Origin: an uncultured Candidatus Binatia bacterium
GTDB taxonomy: Bacteria > Desulfobacterota > Binatia > UBA9968 > CAXXLF01
Assembly (NCBI GenBank): GCA_965218425.1
Contig: OZ244621.1
Span: 896,001 to 960,000, forward strand
Direction: 5' to 3'
DNA: 64,000 nucleotides
Under the pieces are notes generated by a model. It was given only the letters and a program-made list of their open reading frames with translations, had not been told where the DNA came from and did not search any database. Each line of letters opens with the position of its first letter. Position 1 is the first letter of the stretch. Positions 9,094-19,780 of this stretch are shown here, piece by piece. Made by a program: the position numbers and the translations under genes.

Positions 9094-10262
9094 GGCCCGT
9101 CTTGAGGGGCGTGCTCCTTGGAAAGAAAGGTCTTGAAGGAGGACCAGACGTCCTCTTTCCGTTGGATTTGCACCGTTTGAAAATTGTCCTTTTTCAGTTG
9201 GGAAAAGAAGTGCACCATGCTGCTACCGTAGTAGCCAGAACCCAAAGGTTTGATTTCCCCATAACCAAACAGATTCGAAATATTGGCTATCTCCTCCGCC
9301 GCTTGAAGCGCATTGGTGTTGTCCGATTCGAAGTTGTCGCCGTCCGAACAGTGAAACACGTAAACGTTCCAATGGGCGGAATGGTACCTTTCCTGGATAA
9401 CATCCAAGGCCTTGCGGTAACCCGATGAGATAAAGGTTCCACCCGACTCTCCCTTGTGAAAGAACTCATCTTCATCCACCTCACGAGCAACCGTATCGTG
9501 GGCAATAAAGACGATTTCCACCCGCCGGTATTTCGCACAGAGAAACTGATAGAGGAGAAAAAAGAAACTCCGCGCCAGGTATTTTTTCATGGTGTCCATG
9601 GAACCGGACGTATCCATGACGCAAAGGACCACCGCGTTGGATTCCTTCCGGGTTTCCACCACTTTGTGGCGATAGATGAGATCGTCGCTATGGAACGGAA
9701 ACCGTTCAGGCTCGTCCCTTTCGTCACGCTTGGCAGCCATTTTGCGCATCACTTTGGCAGCAACGGTGCGTTTTCTGTCCAAATGAACCCGAATCCCTTT
9801 TTTCCGGTAGCCCATTCGGCGCTGATGATGTTCGACTTCCAACTCTCTGAGACCCTTCCTCTGAAGAAAGGGTAGCTCCAGATCCTCGAACATTATCTCC
9901 ACCAGTTCATCCAAGCTCACATCGGTCTCGTAATAATCCACGCCGGGCTTATCCCCAGCCTGCTGACCTCCACCTTTATCCTCACCTTGCCCAATCACCT
10001 GACCCGGTTCGGTACCTTCTCCACCTTGCCCGACTCCGGACGTATTTTCGCCGTAAACGAATTTATACTCCTTAACACCACGGATGGGCACTTTGATGAT
10101 TCGGTCGCGGTCTTTCCCGATGATGGACTCTTCAGCGATGATGTCAGCGATGTTGTGCCGAATGGCCTCTCTCACCTTTTGGCGATGCCGCAGGCGGTCT
10201 CCAGCGCTACGGTCACTTCGCTCTGCCGAAGAGGGACGGTAGGAACGAAAAACGGTTTCCAT
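9090..10262 (-). CDS. yeaH: YeaH/YhbH (DUF444) vWA-domain protein
   Basis: MDTSGSM MIDAS motif, ESGGTFISS and HCSDGDN; lies between prkA and spoVR. Start at METVFR preferred. Confidence 0.93.
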   Translation of the reverse strand: METVFRSYRPSSAERSDRSAGDRLRHRQKVREAIRHNIADIIAEESIIGKDRDRIIKVPIRGVKEYKFVYGENTSGVGQGGEGTEPGQVIGQGEDKGGGQQAGDKPGVDYYETDVSLDELVEIMFEDLELPFLQRKGLRELEVEHHQRRMGYRKKGIRVHLDRKRTVAAKVMRKMAAKRDERDEPERFPFHSDDLIYRHKVVETRKESNAVVLCVMDTSGSMDTMKKYLARSFFFLLYQFLCAKYRRVEIVFIAHDTVAREVDEDEFFHKGESGGTFISSGYRKALDVIQERYHSAHWNVYVFHCSDGDNFESDNTNALQAAEEIANISNLFGYGEIKPLGSGYYGSSMVHFFSQLKKDNFQTVQIQRKEDVWSSFKTFLSKEHAPQDGP

Positions 10263-10349
10263 TGATCTGGCCAATAGCGGTATTGATTTCCTGGTCAATA
10301 ATGGGATCTTGAATCCCCCATTGGTCTTTTCACTACCCCTGCGGCCTCA

Positions 10350-12284
10350 CTAGTCCTTCCACAGGTGGTTCGCAGCGTATTTCATCACCACGTCCACACA
10401 GTTGTCACAATAGCCGTTCTCCAAGAGGTTCCTGGCCATCGCATTGTACTTCTCCGATTGCTCTTCATCGCGGGTTCTGGACTTGGTGATGACCCGGCTC
10501 AAGTCACGCACGGAGGTCATGAGTTTTTTTTCAATGGCCTCCTTCAAGGGTTCGTAGCTACGATAGTCGATTTTCTCCCCTCTACGGTTCGCCGCCCAAA
10601 GATAGGCAATGACCTCCTGGCGGAATCCATCGGCGGCCGATCCAATGACCGCAATTTGCTCCTCAATGGATTTCATAAATCCCTCGTCAGGGAGGAGTTC
10701 CTCCTTGGTATTTCGATCCTTTACCTTGCCTTTATTGACATAGGCCTCCGCGTGATCCAAATAGTTCTGGAACAGAGTCTCTGCCTGTTCTTGATAGGAA
10801 TATACAAAGGCGCGGGTGATTTCTTTTTCTAAAAGCTCGAGATATTCTTTGTGCAGGGTGTCCTGTAAAAACTCGATATACTGTTTACGGGTATCGTCAG
10901 GGATATCCGCGTCCTTGATCATATTAATGAGCGCCTCTCGGACGTTGATGGGGTTGATACAGTTTCCGCCAATATTGTCCGAAAGCGCATTGTCCAGAGC
11001 TTTCATGATAAAACGAGTCGATATCCCGCTCATGCCTTCCCTTTTGGTGGCTTCACGCAGCTCGAGATAATCCATTTTCTTTGTCCGACCCTTTTCCACC
11101 ACCTCTTCCCCATTGTAGATTTTCAGCTTGGTCATCAAGTCACACTTACTGGTGGGCTCCAGTCGCGAAAGGATCGCAAACATGGACGCCACCTCGAGGG
11201 TGTGGGGCGCGACATGGGCACGGAATTCCGAGTGGCGAATGATTTTTTGGTAGATCTTTGCCTCCTCGGAAAGCCGCAGGTTGTAAGGGACCCGCACCAC
11301 AACGATACGGTCCAGGATGGCCTCGTTGGTATGATCGGCCTTAAACTTCTGCCATTCTGCCTCGTTAGAATGGGCAACGATCACCTCATCGACATAAACC
11401 AACCCGTGCCTTCCGGGCGCGGGAATCACTTTTTCTTGGGTGGCCGTAATCATGCAGTGAAGGTATTCCACCTCGTTTTTGAACACCTCGATAAATTCCA
11501 CAACCCCCCGATTTCCCACGTTAAGGGACCCGTTCAGCTCCAGAACCCGGGGGTCCCCCTCCGAATAGAGGTCCAGTTTGGAGATGTCCTCACTGCCAAT
11601 CAGCACCGAGGTATCTTGGTTATTGGGGTCCACTGGGGGAACAATGCCAATGCCCACCCGGGCACGTTTAGAAAACTCCATGGTGGCGACAGGAAATTCC
11701 TCGTATCGCCCGTTCAGCTCCTCCTTCAGGCGGTAGCGGCAAACGGGACAGAGATCCCCTTCGATGTGAACATTGAGCATCTTTTCAAATTCCTTACGCA
11801 GGTGGCGAGGAATCAAATGAAGGGGTTCTTCAAACATGGGACACCCCTCGATGGCGTAAAAGGGGCCGCTCTCCTCAAGACCACGATGGATCTTTTCAAT
11901 AAGGGAGCTTTTCCCCGATCCCACTGGACCCATGAGAAAGATGACCTGGCGGCTCTCCTCCCCTTTGAGGGACGCGGATTGGAAATAACGGACGATCTGG
12001 GCAATGGTCTTTTCAATGCCGAAAAATTCGTCGGCAAAGAAGTTGTAGACCTTGACCGGCTCATCCTTATAGAGCCTCTTGACTCGGAAATCTTCCGAAT
12101 CCTGCAAGTCGCCCACCCCGGATTTTAACAGCAGGTTGTAGACGCGGGCGTGGGCTAGTTTCGCAATGGAGGGATCTTGCTTGACCTTTTCCAGATAACC
12201 CAGCAAATTTCCGCGCCAGGACTGGTCATCACGGGTATCGCGGTCTCTTAGGATCAGGCTTTCAAATTCCTTTTGTTGGTTCAT
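10350..12284 (-). CDS. prkA: PrkA/YeaG family AAA+ serine protein kinase
   Basis: Walker A GPVGSGKS; CPMFEEPLHL, GDLCPVC, NRGVVEFIEVFK and HSNEAEW motifs; GGAGG RBS. Confidence 0.95.
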   Translation of the reverse strand: MNQQKEFESLILRDRDTRDDQSWRGNLLGYLEKVKQDPSIAKLAHARVYNLLLKSGVGDLQDSEDFRVKRLYKDEPVKVYNFFADEFFGIEKTIAQIVRYFQSASLKGEESRQVIFLMGPVGSGKSSLIEKIHRGLEESGPFYAIEGCPMFEEPLHLIPRHLRKEFEKMLNVHIEGDLCPVCRYRLKEELNGRYEEFPVATMEFSKRARVGIGIVPPVDPNNQDTSVLIGSEDISKLDLYSEGDPRVLELNGSLNVGNRGVVEFIEVFKNEVEYLHCMITATQEKVIPAPGRHGLVYVDEVIVAHSNEAEWQKFKADHTNEAILDRIVVVRVPYNLRLSEEAKIYQKIIRHSEFRAHVAPHTLEVASMFAILSRLEPTSKCDLMTKLKIYNGEEVVEKGRTKKMDYLELREATKREGMSGISTRFIMKALDNALSDNIGGNCINPINVREALINMIKDADIPDDTRKQYIEFLQDTLHKEYLELLEKEITRAFVYSYQEQAETLFQNYLDHAEAYVNKGKVKDRNTKEELLPDEGFMKSIEEQIAVIGSAADGFRQEVIAYLWAANRRGEKIDYRSYEPLKEAIEKKLMTSVRDLSRVITKSRTRDEEQSEKYNAMARNLLENGYCDNCVDVVMKYAANHLWKD

Positions 12285-12445
12285 GATAACTATGCCTCCT
12301 TCGAAGCTTTATTTTCACCCAACAAAAATTCTGTGCTTGGATTGTTTTAGGAGTTGAATGGGTCCTAAATAGGAATGGAGCCGGCTCTTTTGAACTGAGC
12401 CACGGGGAGCTTATAACCACCTATTGAGCTTTGTTATCCTCCTCT

Positions 12446-12474
12446 ATCGTGAAGACTCCTTAGCCTAATGTCAA
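12446..12474 (-). promoter_or_regulatory. Candidate sigma70 promoter of the prkA operon
   Basis: TTGACA-N17-CACGAT on the minus strand, about 160 nt upstream of prkA. Confidence 0.4.
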
Positions 12475-12697
12475 GTAAATTAAATGATAAATAATGACGC
12501 CATCACAAGTATAGTTTCTCATAATTCCTCCGCAATGTACATATGGGTCGAAAAATTCACCGATACAGGCGAAATTTTAACTTGGAATGGATACAGGCTT
12601 GTACCCATCAGTCGAAACTAACGCTCTCGACGAGGCCTTGTGCTAACTCGTTTGCTGAGATGAAATGTGCTGAATTCTTCAAAAGGATTGCCGGACT

Positions 12698-13441
12698 TTA
12701 AATTTCGGAATCCCTTGGACCCCACAGACGCCGGTGGGTGTTTACCGATTCGTTTCCTTTAGCGCGCGCGGACAGAGTTTTTTTCCAGCTTGCTCCAAGG
12801 GGTGGGCATGCCGCGAGTTCAGCCGCCAGATCCCTGTCCTTGCACCTGCGGTGCATGATATCGTTGGCGCGGTCCACCGTCCATCGAGGGAAAGGCCTTT
12901 CCAAAAGAACCAGCGGGAGCCCCCTTTGGACGTTTCCCTCCTTGAGAACCCGAAAATACCAGCCTGTGCGACCGCAATCTTGAATCCGGAGAGATAGATC
13001 TCGAATACGCCACCGACGAGAATTTTTCCAGCAGGGCTGTCGTGGCTCTGAGATCTGCACGCGAGCATCACCCATAGCGTAAATATCACCAATGGCAACG
13101 GTGCGCTCAGTCATTCCCTCCACGGTAAAGTTTTCGGCAAAACCACCATGTTGTAGATTGGATAACCCTAATTCCTTGCGCCATAGAGGATAATGGTCAG
13201 CCGCATAGGCGAGCACGGCCTTGTCCGGCCCCCCATGCACTTGGAGATTCGCCTGCCCATCGCCTGCCAGGTTTGACTTACCCAGCCACACCAGCCCATC
13301 AACCGGCTCCTTGAAGGCGGCCGTAACCCATGGGCGGTCCATGGGGTCAGGGGCATCCGGAGTCCCCAGATGCTTTGGCAACCCCACTTGGATACTGAGC
13401 ACAATGGGTTCAACGCTCACGGAATCCTCGATATAAGTCAA
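12698..13441 (-). CDS. MOSC domain protein, YiiM-like, with 3-alpha domain
   Basis: GDGQAN..VHGGPDKAV, GGFAENFT, PRQPCWK and GRTGWYFRVLKEG. Confidence 0.92.
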   Translation of the reverse strand: MTYIEDSVSVEPIVLSIQVGLPKHLGTPDAPDPMDRPWVTAAFKEPVDGLVWLGKSNLAGDGQANLQVHGGPDKAVLAYAADHYPLWRKELGLSNLQHGGFAENFTVEGMTERTVAIGDIYAMGDARVQISEPRQPCWKNSRRWRIRDLSLRIQDCGRTGWYFRVLKEGNVQRGLPLVLLERPFPRWTVDRANDIMHRRCKDRDLAAELAACPPLGASWKKTLSARAKGNESVNTHRRLWGPRDSEI

Positions 13442-13449
13442 ACTTATCT

Positions 13450-13832
13450 CTAAAGCTCCTTTTTGATGGCCTTGTGGACTAATCCTGACTTTTCCCGCTC
13501 ACCCAGGTACCCGCTCGCATACTAATGCTTGTCTCACCATCACCTACGGGCGTTAGCCGAATCTTAATCAAAGTGGAATCAGAACGCCGCGCCTCAATGG
13601 TTGCACCGAGGGCATCAATCCGCTTCTTACGGAAGGTCGGCTGTAATTTTTTCACAGATGAAAGGGTTTTTGGCCGGATCTCCTTAAGGGGTTCGTGATA
13701 GGTCGCCGTCAGCTCACGGTTCATTTTGGAATAGGTTCCCACACCAGCACCGGTATCCACGGGAGCCGCTGCACAACCACCACAGAACATAAGCAGTCTT
13801 AGGATGGATGAGGAATAGAGATGTCGCTTCAT
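13450..13832 (-). pseudogene. DUF3568-like lipoprotein, eroded and frameshifted near the C-terminus
   Basis: GGAGGAG RBS before ATG 13832; lipobox-like GGC; AGVGTY; IEARRSD..IKIRL. The expected tail GEREKSGLVHKAIK lies in another frame. Confidence 0.55.
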
Positions 13833-13900
13833 CGCTCCTCCAGCAGGTGTCACGTAGAGCAAGGACACGGTTTCCATTTAACACGAAAGGCCTTCCCTGT

Positions 13901-15124
13901 TCAATGATTCCGAGGTGTCAGGGTCAGTAGTCCAGCGATAAAAAGAAACAATAGCCCACAGCTCAACCCCAACGACCAGTGAATACCGATGTAGCTACCC
14001 AGAAGTCCGACGGATATGCCACTGAAGGTGCGCAGTCCCTGGCCGGACATGATGAACAGGCCAATGAGTCTTCCTCGCAGGTGGGCCGGTGCCAACACCT
14101 GGACCATGGTTTGAGCCATAGAGGCGAATGCCAGATGGCTCATTCCGGCGATGAATAAGAGAATCAAGGCCACTGGATAATACGATGCGGCAGCAAACAA
14201 GCCGAGGGCGAGACTCCAAAGCATTGCCAGCAGGATCGCCGTGCGTGGCTTCGGCTGGAGCAACCCTCTGCTCTCTAATAATAATCCGCCCACCACGGCC
14301 CCCGCACCGTTGGCGGCAAGCAAGGTGGCATAACCATAACCCAATTGATCCGTTCCGAGGTCCCGAGCAAACTCCGGCATCTGAGGTTGGTAAGCACCGC
14401 CCACAAGAAGGGATGCCAGACCCGTAAGCATGATCATGGATAGGATCACTCGGCTTCCTTGAATATCTCTTACCGCCCCTAACATTTCCCGCCACGATAA
14501 TTGTCTGGACCTGGGCGCCCCCGAGCCGTGACCGGTATAGGAAACGGTCTGTAACCAGATGGTTAAAGGAAGATAAATGAGCCCATTCACTAAAAGCGCG
14601 AGGGTGGGACCCAGCATAAGCATTAGCGCACCACCCACAGCCGGACCCGCCAGGACTCCCAATTGGCGTCCTGTGGCATTGAGCCTCACCGCGCTCTGTA
14701 GGTGCTCCTGACCCACAATATCGTGGACTAAAAGGACACGAGGGGGATTCCATAGAGTCCCCGCCAATCCATGTCCCACAAGCAAGACCATGGCGTGCCA
14801 CATTTGAAGACTATCTGAGAATATAAGGATCGCCCAGATCCAACTCACCGCGATGAACAGCGCCTGCGAGGCCTGGATGACCTTGCGGCAATCGTAACGG
14901 TCGGCGATCCCTCCAAAGTACCATGAGAGGAGCAGATGTGGCATCCAATGACTAATGACAGCAAAACCGGCCAGGGCCGGGGATTGAAACAACTGGAAGA
15001 TAACCCAATAGCTAACCACATGCTCGATGTTATCGGCCATCATGGATAACACCCCGCCCACAAAATAGGCACGGAAGTCGCGATGACGAAGGGCCGCGAA
15101 TGCGACCGTCTTTGTTTCAGCCAT
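13901..15124 (-). CDS. MFS transporter (MFS_3/H+ antiporter-like)
   Basis: About 12 hydrophobic segments; FAALRHRDFR, GGIADRYDCRK and AHLRGR motifs. Confidence 0.92.
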   Translation of the reverse strand: MAETKTVAFAALRHRDFRAYFVGGVLSMMADNIEHVVSYWVIFQLFQSPALAGFAVISHWMPHLLLSWYFGGIADRYDCRKVIQASQALFIAVSWIWAILIFSDSLQMWHAMVLLVGHGLAGTLWNPPRVLLVHDIVGQEHLQSAVRLNATGRQLGVLAGPAVGGALMLMLGPTLALLVNGLIYLPLTIWLQTVSYTGHGSGAPRSRQLSWREMLGAVRDIQGSRVILSMIMLTGLASLLVGGAYQPQMPEFARDLGTDQLGYGYATLLAANGAGAVVGGLLLESRGLLQPKPRTAILLAMLWSLALGLFAAASYYPVALILLFIAGMSHLAFASMAQTMVQVLAPAHLRGRLIGLFIMSGQGLRTFSGISVGLLGSYIGIHWSLGLSCGLLFLFIAGLLTLTPRNH

Positions 15125-15294
15125 TTTTGTTACCTATGAGACGCAAGGGCCGGCTTACCCTTGATGGCTTCGCAACAAGCTCCTGGGTGAGTCATCTTGT
15201 TTGTCGGATTTTAGATTTCAACTAGCCTATGATTACCGTCGCCCCTTAAAAGTTTCTTGTTAGCTCTGGGCTCTTCGCGTCAAGGATTTTATTC

Positions 15295-15958
15295 ATGGGA
15301 ACCTATCCGTTCCCACCCGTGCCACACCTCCCTGTACAGCAAGGGAAGTTGCCGGAGATTCATGAGAAATGGATTCCCATGAACGACCGTCCCAGGAGGC
15401 CAATCCGAGGGGGTAACCAACTAGAGACGTGAAGTGGCGGAATCCGCGGACAGTGCACGAACATCATCGCTCGGCAGGCCGTGCCGGCGGCCGAAAACTT
15501 TCCATTTCGATCCTACACAATGGGCAACGCCAACCCCGGTTGGCACCCAAACTTCCTGGTCATACAGAATGAGGTCCCGAACATCGGCCGTGGGAAAGTC
15601 GCCAGAAGAGACCGAAAAAAAGCTCGTATTCACCGTTACCGTTCACTCGATAAATGCCCCCACCGGAAACAGCCAACCAGGTTTCCTTTCCTATCGCATC
15701 ACCCGCAATGGCCGTCGCGGGCGCTCTGCGAGGGGACTCTATGGCATTCCAGGAGATGATCTGAACATGCACGGTATCGGAAACGGACTTGGCTCCTTCT
15801 CTCAACTCAGCCGTGACTTCGTACCAACCCACCGAAAGGGAACTGGTGGTGAACGAGTCACCCTTCCCCGTAGGTTCGCCATCCACCATCCAACCCATCT
15901 CATCATCTTGAGCTCCGTTGGTCTGGGCCCTAAACTTGACTTTTTCTCCTAACCACAA
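15295..15958 (-). pseudogene. Fragment of an Ig-like plus beta-propeller (Reg_prop-type) surface protein
   Basis: Three frame segments: W.VDGE..G.G.SFTTSSLSVG.YEVT (Ig-like); WLAVSGGGIYR / VWVPTGVGVA / GLPSDDVRAL; then L*VGYPLGLASWDGRSW. No credible start. Confidence 0.65.
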
Positions 15959-16060
15959 ATTCGAGGGAATATTTCATATAGGTTTGGTTAGATATGGGCC
16001 GCCGATAATTCGTCACTGAAGGGCGAAAGGCTTCCTGGCTAGTGAAACCAATGTTGGTGA

Positions 16061-16795
16061 CTATAAGAATGCCCCTCCGTCAATGGGAAGGACGGTCCCG
16101 TTTAAGAAATCCTGGCGCAGGATATAGAGAACACTCTCTCCCACATCTTCCACGCTCCCAATTCGCTCGAGGGGAACCCGTTCTTTAGCAATCCTTTTGA
16201 GATAAGCACCGTCCTTCCCTGCAGGAGGTAAGATGGCACCTAAAGCAATACCATTGACAGACACACGCGGTGCCAATTCCAGGGCCAACATCTCGGTCAT
16301 TTGCCATAAAGCGCCCTTGGTAAGGCGATAGACAAAATGATCCGTCCCTGGGCGTCGAACGCGGCTGTCCATGATATTGATGATTTTGCCCGTTCCATTG
16401 GCCGCAATCTGCGCAGCAAAAGCACGGCTCAGCACGAAAGGAGCACGGAGATTGATCGCAAACATGCGCTCCCAGAGAGCCGTATCAGTTTTCGTAAACG
16501 TGTCCGTCTCAGGGAAGATGGCTGCATTGTTGACGAGAATATCCAATTTACGAAATTGCTTCCGGGCGGCTGGGATGATGGATTGGGCGGCCCTTTCATC
16601 CGAAAGATCCGCTGCGTGAATATGGGCATCAACACCCAGGGCTTTTGCGTCTGCCTCCGTTTGCTGAGCAGGTCCCACTGAATGTCCGTATTGGATAAAG
16701 ACATGGCAACCAGCCCGAGCCAGTGCCAGGGTAATCCCCCCTCCTATGCGGACAGCGCCGCCGGTAATCACTGCAACCTTTCCATTGAGCTCCAT
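16061..16795 (-). CDS. SDR oxidoreductase, pteridine reductase/FolM-like
   Basis: TGGAVRIG, LVNNA, catalytic YRLTK, DSRVRRP and VNGIALG. Start at MELNGK. Confidence 0.85.
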   Translation of the reverse strand: MELNGKVAVITGGAVRIGGGITLALARAGCHVFIQYGHSVGPAQQTEADAKALGVDAHIHAADLSDERAAQSIIPAARKQFRKLDILVNNAAIFPETDTFTKTDTALWERMFAINLRAPFVLSRAFAAQIAANGTGKIINIMDSRVRRPGTDHFVYRLTKGALWQMTEMLALELAPRVSVNGIALGAILPPAGKDGAYLKRIAKERVPLERIGSVEDVGESVLYILRQDFLNGTVLPIDGGAFL

Positions 16796-16917
16796 ATCAA
16801 AGTCTTTCCATCGACACTTGAATTTTTCAGTTGAAATTTGAATTAGGGAATCAGGAAAAAGATGACTCGTGCAAAAACGCAAAACAAGCCAAATTCAGAA
16901 AAAACTAGAAGATATTT

Positions 16918-18102
16918 TTATACCAGCTTAAATGCGTAGCCAATGATTCCGCCCCCTAAGACCAACCACGCCGAGTTGATTTTATAAGCAAATACCAGGA
17001 AGGCCGCCACCAAAGCCAGCCCTACCGTAACAACGTCCACCAGAGCCGCGCGACCCAATTGCCAGGTCACCGCAGCCATTAATCCCAGCGAAGCCACGTT
17101 GACCCCGTCAAGGAAACCGGACACCCACGGGGAACGGCGCATGCGCGGGATCAAGGGGTTGCTTGCCATCACAAAAAGAAAGGCGGGGAGAAAGATCCCC
17201 ACGGTTGCGAGAACGGCACCGGGAGAACCTCCGATCACGTAACCGATAAACGTAGCCGTGGTAAAGACTGGCCCCGGCGTGAACTGACCAATGGCAATGG
17301 CATCGAGCAATTGCTGAACCGTAAGCCACCGCCAACGTTGCACCAGATCGGCCCTGAGAAAGGCCAGCAACACATAGCCGCTGCCAAATAGGACCGAGCC
17401 GATTTTCAAAAAGAAAAGAATGATTCCCGTAAGACTCACTGGAACCGCAACGACTGTGTGGCTGCTGGCAACGGCCGCATGGGGAATGCCAAAAACGGAC
17501 AAACTTAGGACTGCCAGCCACCCGGGCTTGCACCGATTCCGAATGATTTCAAAACCCATCACCATAGAACCGGCCACAAACAAAAGCGCAACTTCGTTAA
17601 ATCCGAGAAGAAATGAAACAAACACACCTGCACCCACAACACCGGTCAAGGGTCCCTTCACGGCGGTTTTGCCCAGCCCCCATAGAGCCTGGAGCACAAT
17701 GGCGATGATAACGGGTTTAACCCCGTAAAGAAGCCAGATGGCTTGCGGCAACGTACCATAGCGGACATAAAGCCAAGCAAGGACCCAGACGATGACCATG
17801 GCCGGCAGGATAAAACAGCTTCCTGCAACCATGAGACCTTTCCATCCGGCGCGAACCATTCCGATATGGATGGCCAATTCAGTGGAGTTGGGGCCAGGGA
17901 TCAAGTTAGTGGCACCGAGGAGATCGAGGAAGCGTTGCTGGTCGAGCCACTGCCTGCGACGCACCACCTCCTCCTGCATCATGGCGATATGGGCGGCTGG
18001 ACCGCCGAAGGCAATGGTGCCGAGCTTCAAAAACACCCGTGCGAGTTCACCCAGGGAACCCACGGGGCATTTCCCGTTATCATTTCCATTCGTTGCTTGC
18101 AT
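16918..18102 (-). CDS. chrA: Chromate ion transporter (CHR family, long chain)
   Basis: FGGPAAHIAMM, PGPNSTE, FGSGYVL and GQFTPGPVF in two homologous halves. Confidence 0.93.
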   Translation of the reverse strand: MQATNGNDNGKCPVGSLGELARVFLKLGTIAFGGPAAHIAMMQEEVVRRRQWLDQQRFLDLLGATNLIPGPNSTELAIHIGMVRAGWKGLMVAGSCFILPAMVIVWVLAWLYVRYGTLPQAIWLLYGVKPVIIAIVLQALWGLGKTAVKGPLTGVVGAGVFVSFLLGFNEVALLFVAGSMVMGFEIIRNRCKPGWLAVLSLSVFGIPHAAVASSHTVVAVPVSLTGIILFFLKIGSVLFGSGYVLLAFLRADLVQRWRWLTVQQLLDAIAIGQFTPGPVFTTATFIGYVIGGSPGAVLATVGIFLPAFLFVMASNPLIPRMRRSPWVSGFLDGVNVASLGLMAAVTWQLGRAALVDVVTVGLALVAAFLVFAYKINSAWLVLGGGIIGYAFKLV

Positions 18103-18116
18103 AGGGGTTGCCCGCC

Positions 18117-19562
18117 TCAGTAACCGCTTGTGGGAATCTGCTTCGAAGAAGTGACACTGAGTAGAATGGGAAGCAATACTCCAAGTCCCAACGCGAAGAG
18201 CCAGAGTGCGGGCGCCGGTGTCCCCACTTTACGACGCCGGCGCGCTTCCCGGGCCGCCAGCCTGGGGTCCAGCAACAACCAATCGGTGTGGCGACACTCC
18301 AGCAAAAGGAAGACAGAGGCCGTGGCCGCACCATAAATTAGATGCCCCACGAGGGAGGGCAAGAGAGCGCCGGCAGCAGTAACGGTCCAGGTAATGGAAC
18401 CACCCAGTAAAATGGGCATCAAGGTCAGCGGGCCGATGAACCACCAGATCAATCCGTAGAGCAAACCCCAAGCGATACCGGAGCCGAAGTTGGGCGCCTC
18501 GTGTTGAAATAGCAACCCGTAACTCATGCCCACAAGGGCACTAATGCCCATGTGAACGATAAATCCTAAAACATGGGAGGAGCCGCCCACCAGGCCCGCC
18601 ACGCTCGGAAGAGCCCCGGTGGCCACCATAACCGGTGTAAACAGCAAACCGCCCATGAGGCCGGCCAGCGCGCCCCACTGCAGGGAGTAAAGGACCCGGG
18701 AACCCGGCCCCTCAGGTTCGCGGTTGATGGGATCGGACTCGGTGAAAAAACCGACCCACAAGCGATCCATGGCGGCATACACCACTCCCACAATCAAGCC
18801 GTAAACGACGTGGCCAATGAGAGATCCAAACAGGGCGCCGCCGCGCACATAGCCCCAGTCAAGTGGATTGCCTTGCCAGAACGGCAGGATGGTAAGCGGT
18901 CCCAAGAACCACCACAACAGGCCGTAGGCCAGGCCCCACCCGAGGTTCGACCCGTAGCCGCGCACATCGCGCTGGAACAGCACGCCGAAGCTAGCCCCGA
19001 TAATCACCGCAAATATAAAATGCAGCGTAACGCCCACCATGGCAGAGTCGGAATTGACCAGGCCGGCAATGAGGGGGTAAAAATTAACCCTTTCCATCCA
19101 TTTGCCGAAGGCCCACCCTCCTACGACACCCGCCAACCCTCCAACCACAAGTGCCCGGCTCAGGCTAAAAGGAACCCGACCAGACTGCGGATGAAAGCTA
19201 CCCCACAACCCCAGCACGACTCCCAGGGGCAATCCAAAGCAAACCACATAGGCTACCAAATCAGGGAAGTGGTCGCGCGCCGCAACCAACATACCCATTT
19301 CCCGCATCCCGCCCGAAATCACCGCAAGGAGACCCGCAGGCACCGCCAACCAGAGGATGAAGGAGTAGCCGAGACCCCAGATGAGCCCAGCGCCTGGGCT
19401 GTCGGCCCTGCGCCAGCACAGCAATGCGAAGAGCAGGCCATAGAGTCCGCCCAGTACGGGGCCGGTGGCGAAGGATGCCTGTCCAAGCAACAAGCACAAG
19501 ACTCCACCCAAAATACCCGTAACAGTAGAGAGAACGGCAGCGATCAGGAGTGAAGAATTCAC
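18117..19562 (-). CDS. Uncharacterised polytopic membrane protein with three internal repeats
   Basis: Repeats [10 protein letters not shown]...[16 protein letters not shown]...SLIGHVVYG and [10 protein letters not shown]...[16 protein letters not shown]...SLVGHLIYG, plus a degenerate first copy. Start is GTG 19562 (GGAG RBS) or 19604. Confidence 0.85.
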   Translation of the reverse strand: MNSSLLIAAVLSTVTGILGGVLCLLLGQASFATGPVLGGLYGLLFALLCWRRADSPGAGLIWGLGYSFILWLAVPAGLLAVISGGMREMGMLVAARDHFPDLVAYVVCFGLPLGVVLGLWGSFHPQSGRVPFSLSRALVVGGLAGVVGGWAFGKWMERVNFYPLIAGLVNSDSAMVGVTLHFIFAVIIGASFGVLFQRDVRGYGSNLGWGLAYGLLWWFLGPLTILPFWQGNPLDWGYVRGGALFGSLIGHVVYGLIVGVVYAAMDRLWVGFFTESDPINREPEGPGSRVLYSLQWGALAGLMGGLLFTPVMVATGALPSVAGLVGGSSHVLGFIVHMGISALVGMSYGLLFQHEAPNFGSGIAWGLLYGLIWWFIGPLTLMPILLGGSITWTVTAAGALLPSLVGHLIYGAATASVFLLLECRHTDWLLLDPRLAAREARRRRKVGTPAPALWLFALGLGVLLPILLSVTSSKQIPTSGY

Positions 19563-19648
19563 GACACGACTCCGTTCATATTGGGAGGACCCTGTGAGAA
19601 TCACGGATAACCTTCCTCAAAATTCGCATGCTACTGAACAGTTCTTCC

Positions 19649-19780
19649 GGCAGGCTACTCAAAAAGATCTCAGAGGCGAGGCGCGCAAAAAATCGACGAT
19701 CGCAGGCGTACTCTCCTGGTACGCTGGAGCAAGGCGACTGAGCGCAACGAAACATATGAAGCTTTTTCAGCAGCATGCTA
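19649..19780. mobile_element. MITE-like non-autonomous element (~130 bp)
   Basis: Imperfect terminal inverted repeats GCAGGCTACTCAAAAAG and CTTTTTCAGCAGCATGC; non-coding interior; right end abuts the ndh stop codon. Confidence 0.55.

Noticed and set aside
11202..12128. Long antisense ORFs (also 18573-19553, 50644-51486, 53532-54392, 32204-32938, 58881-59606, 62891-63493)
   Set aside because: They lie opposite well-supported genes and show no protein-family motifs.
12285..12697. Sigma-54 promoter expected for a yeaGH-type operon
   Set aside because: No TGGC-N-TTGC motif with correct -24/-12 spacing found.
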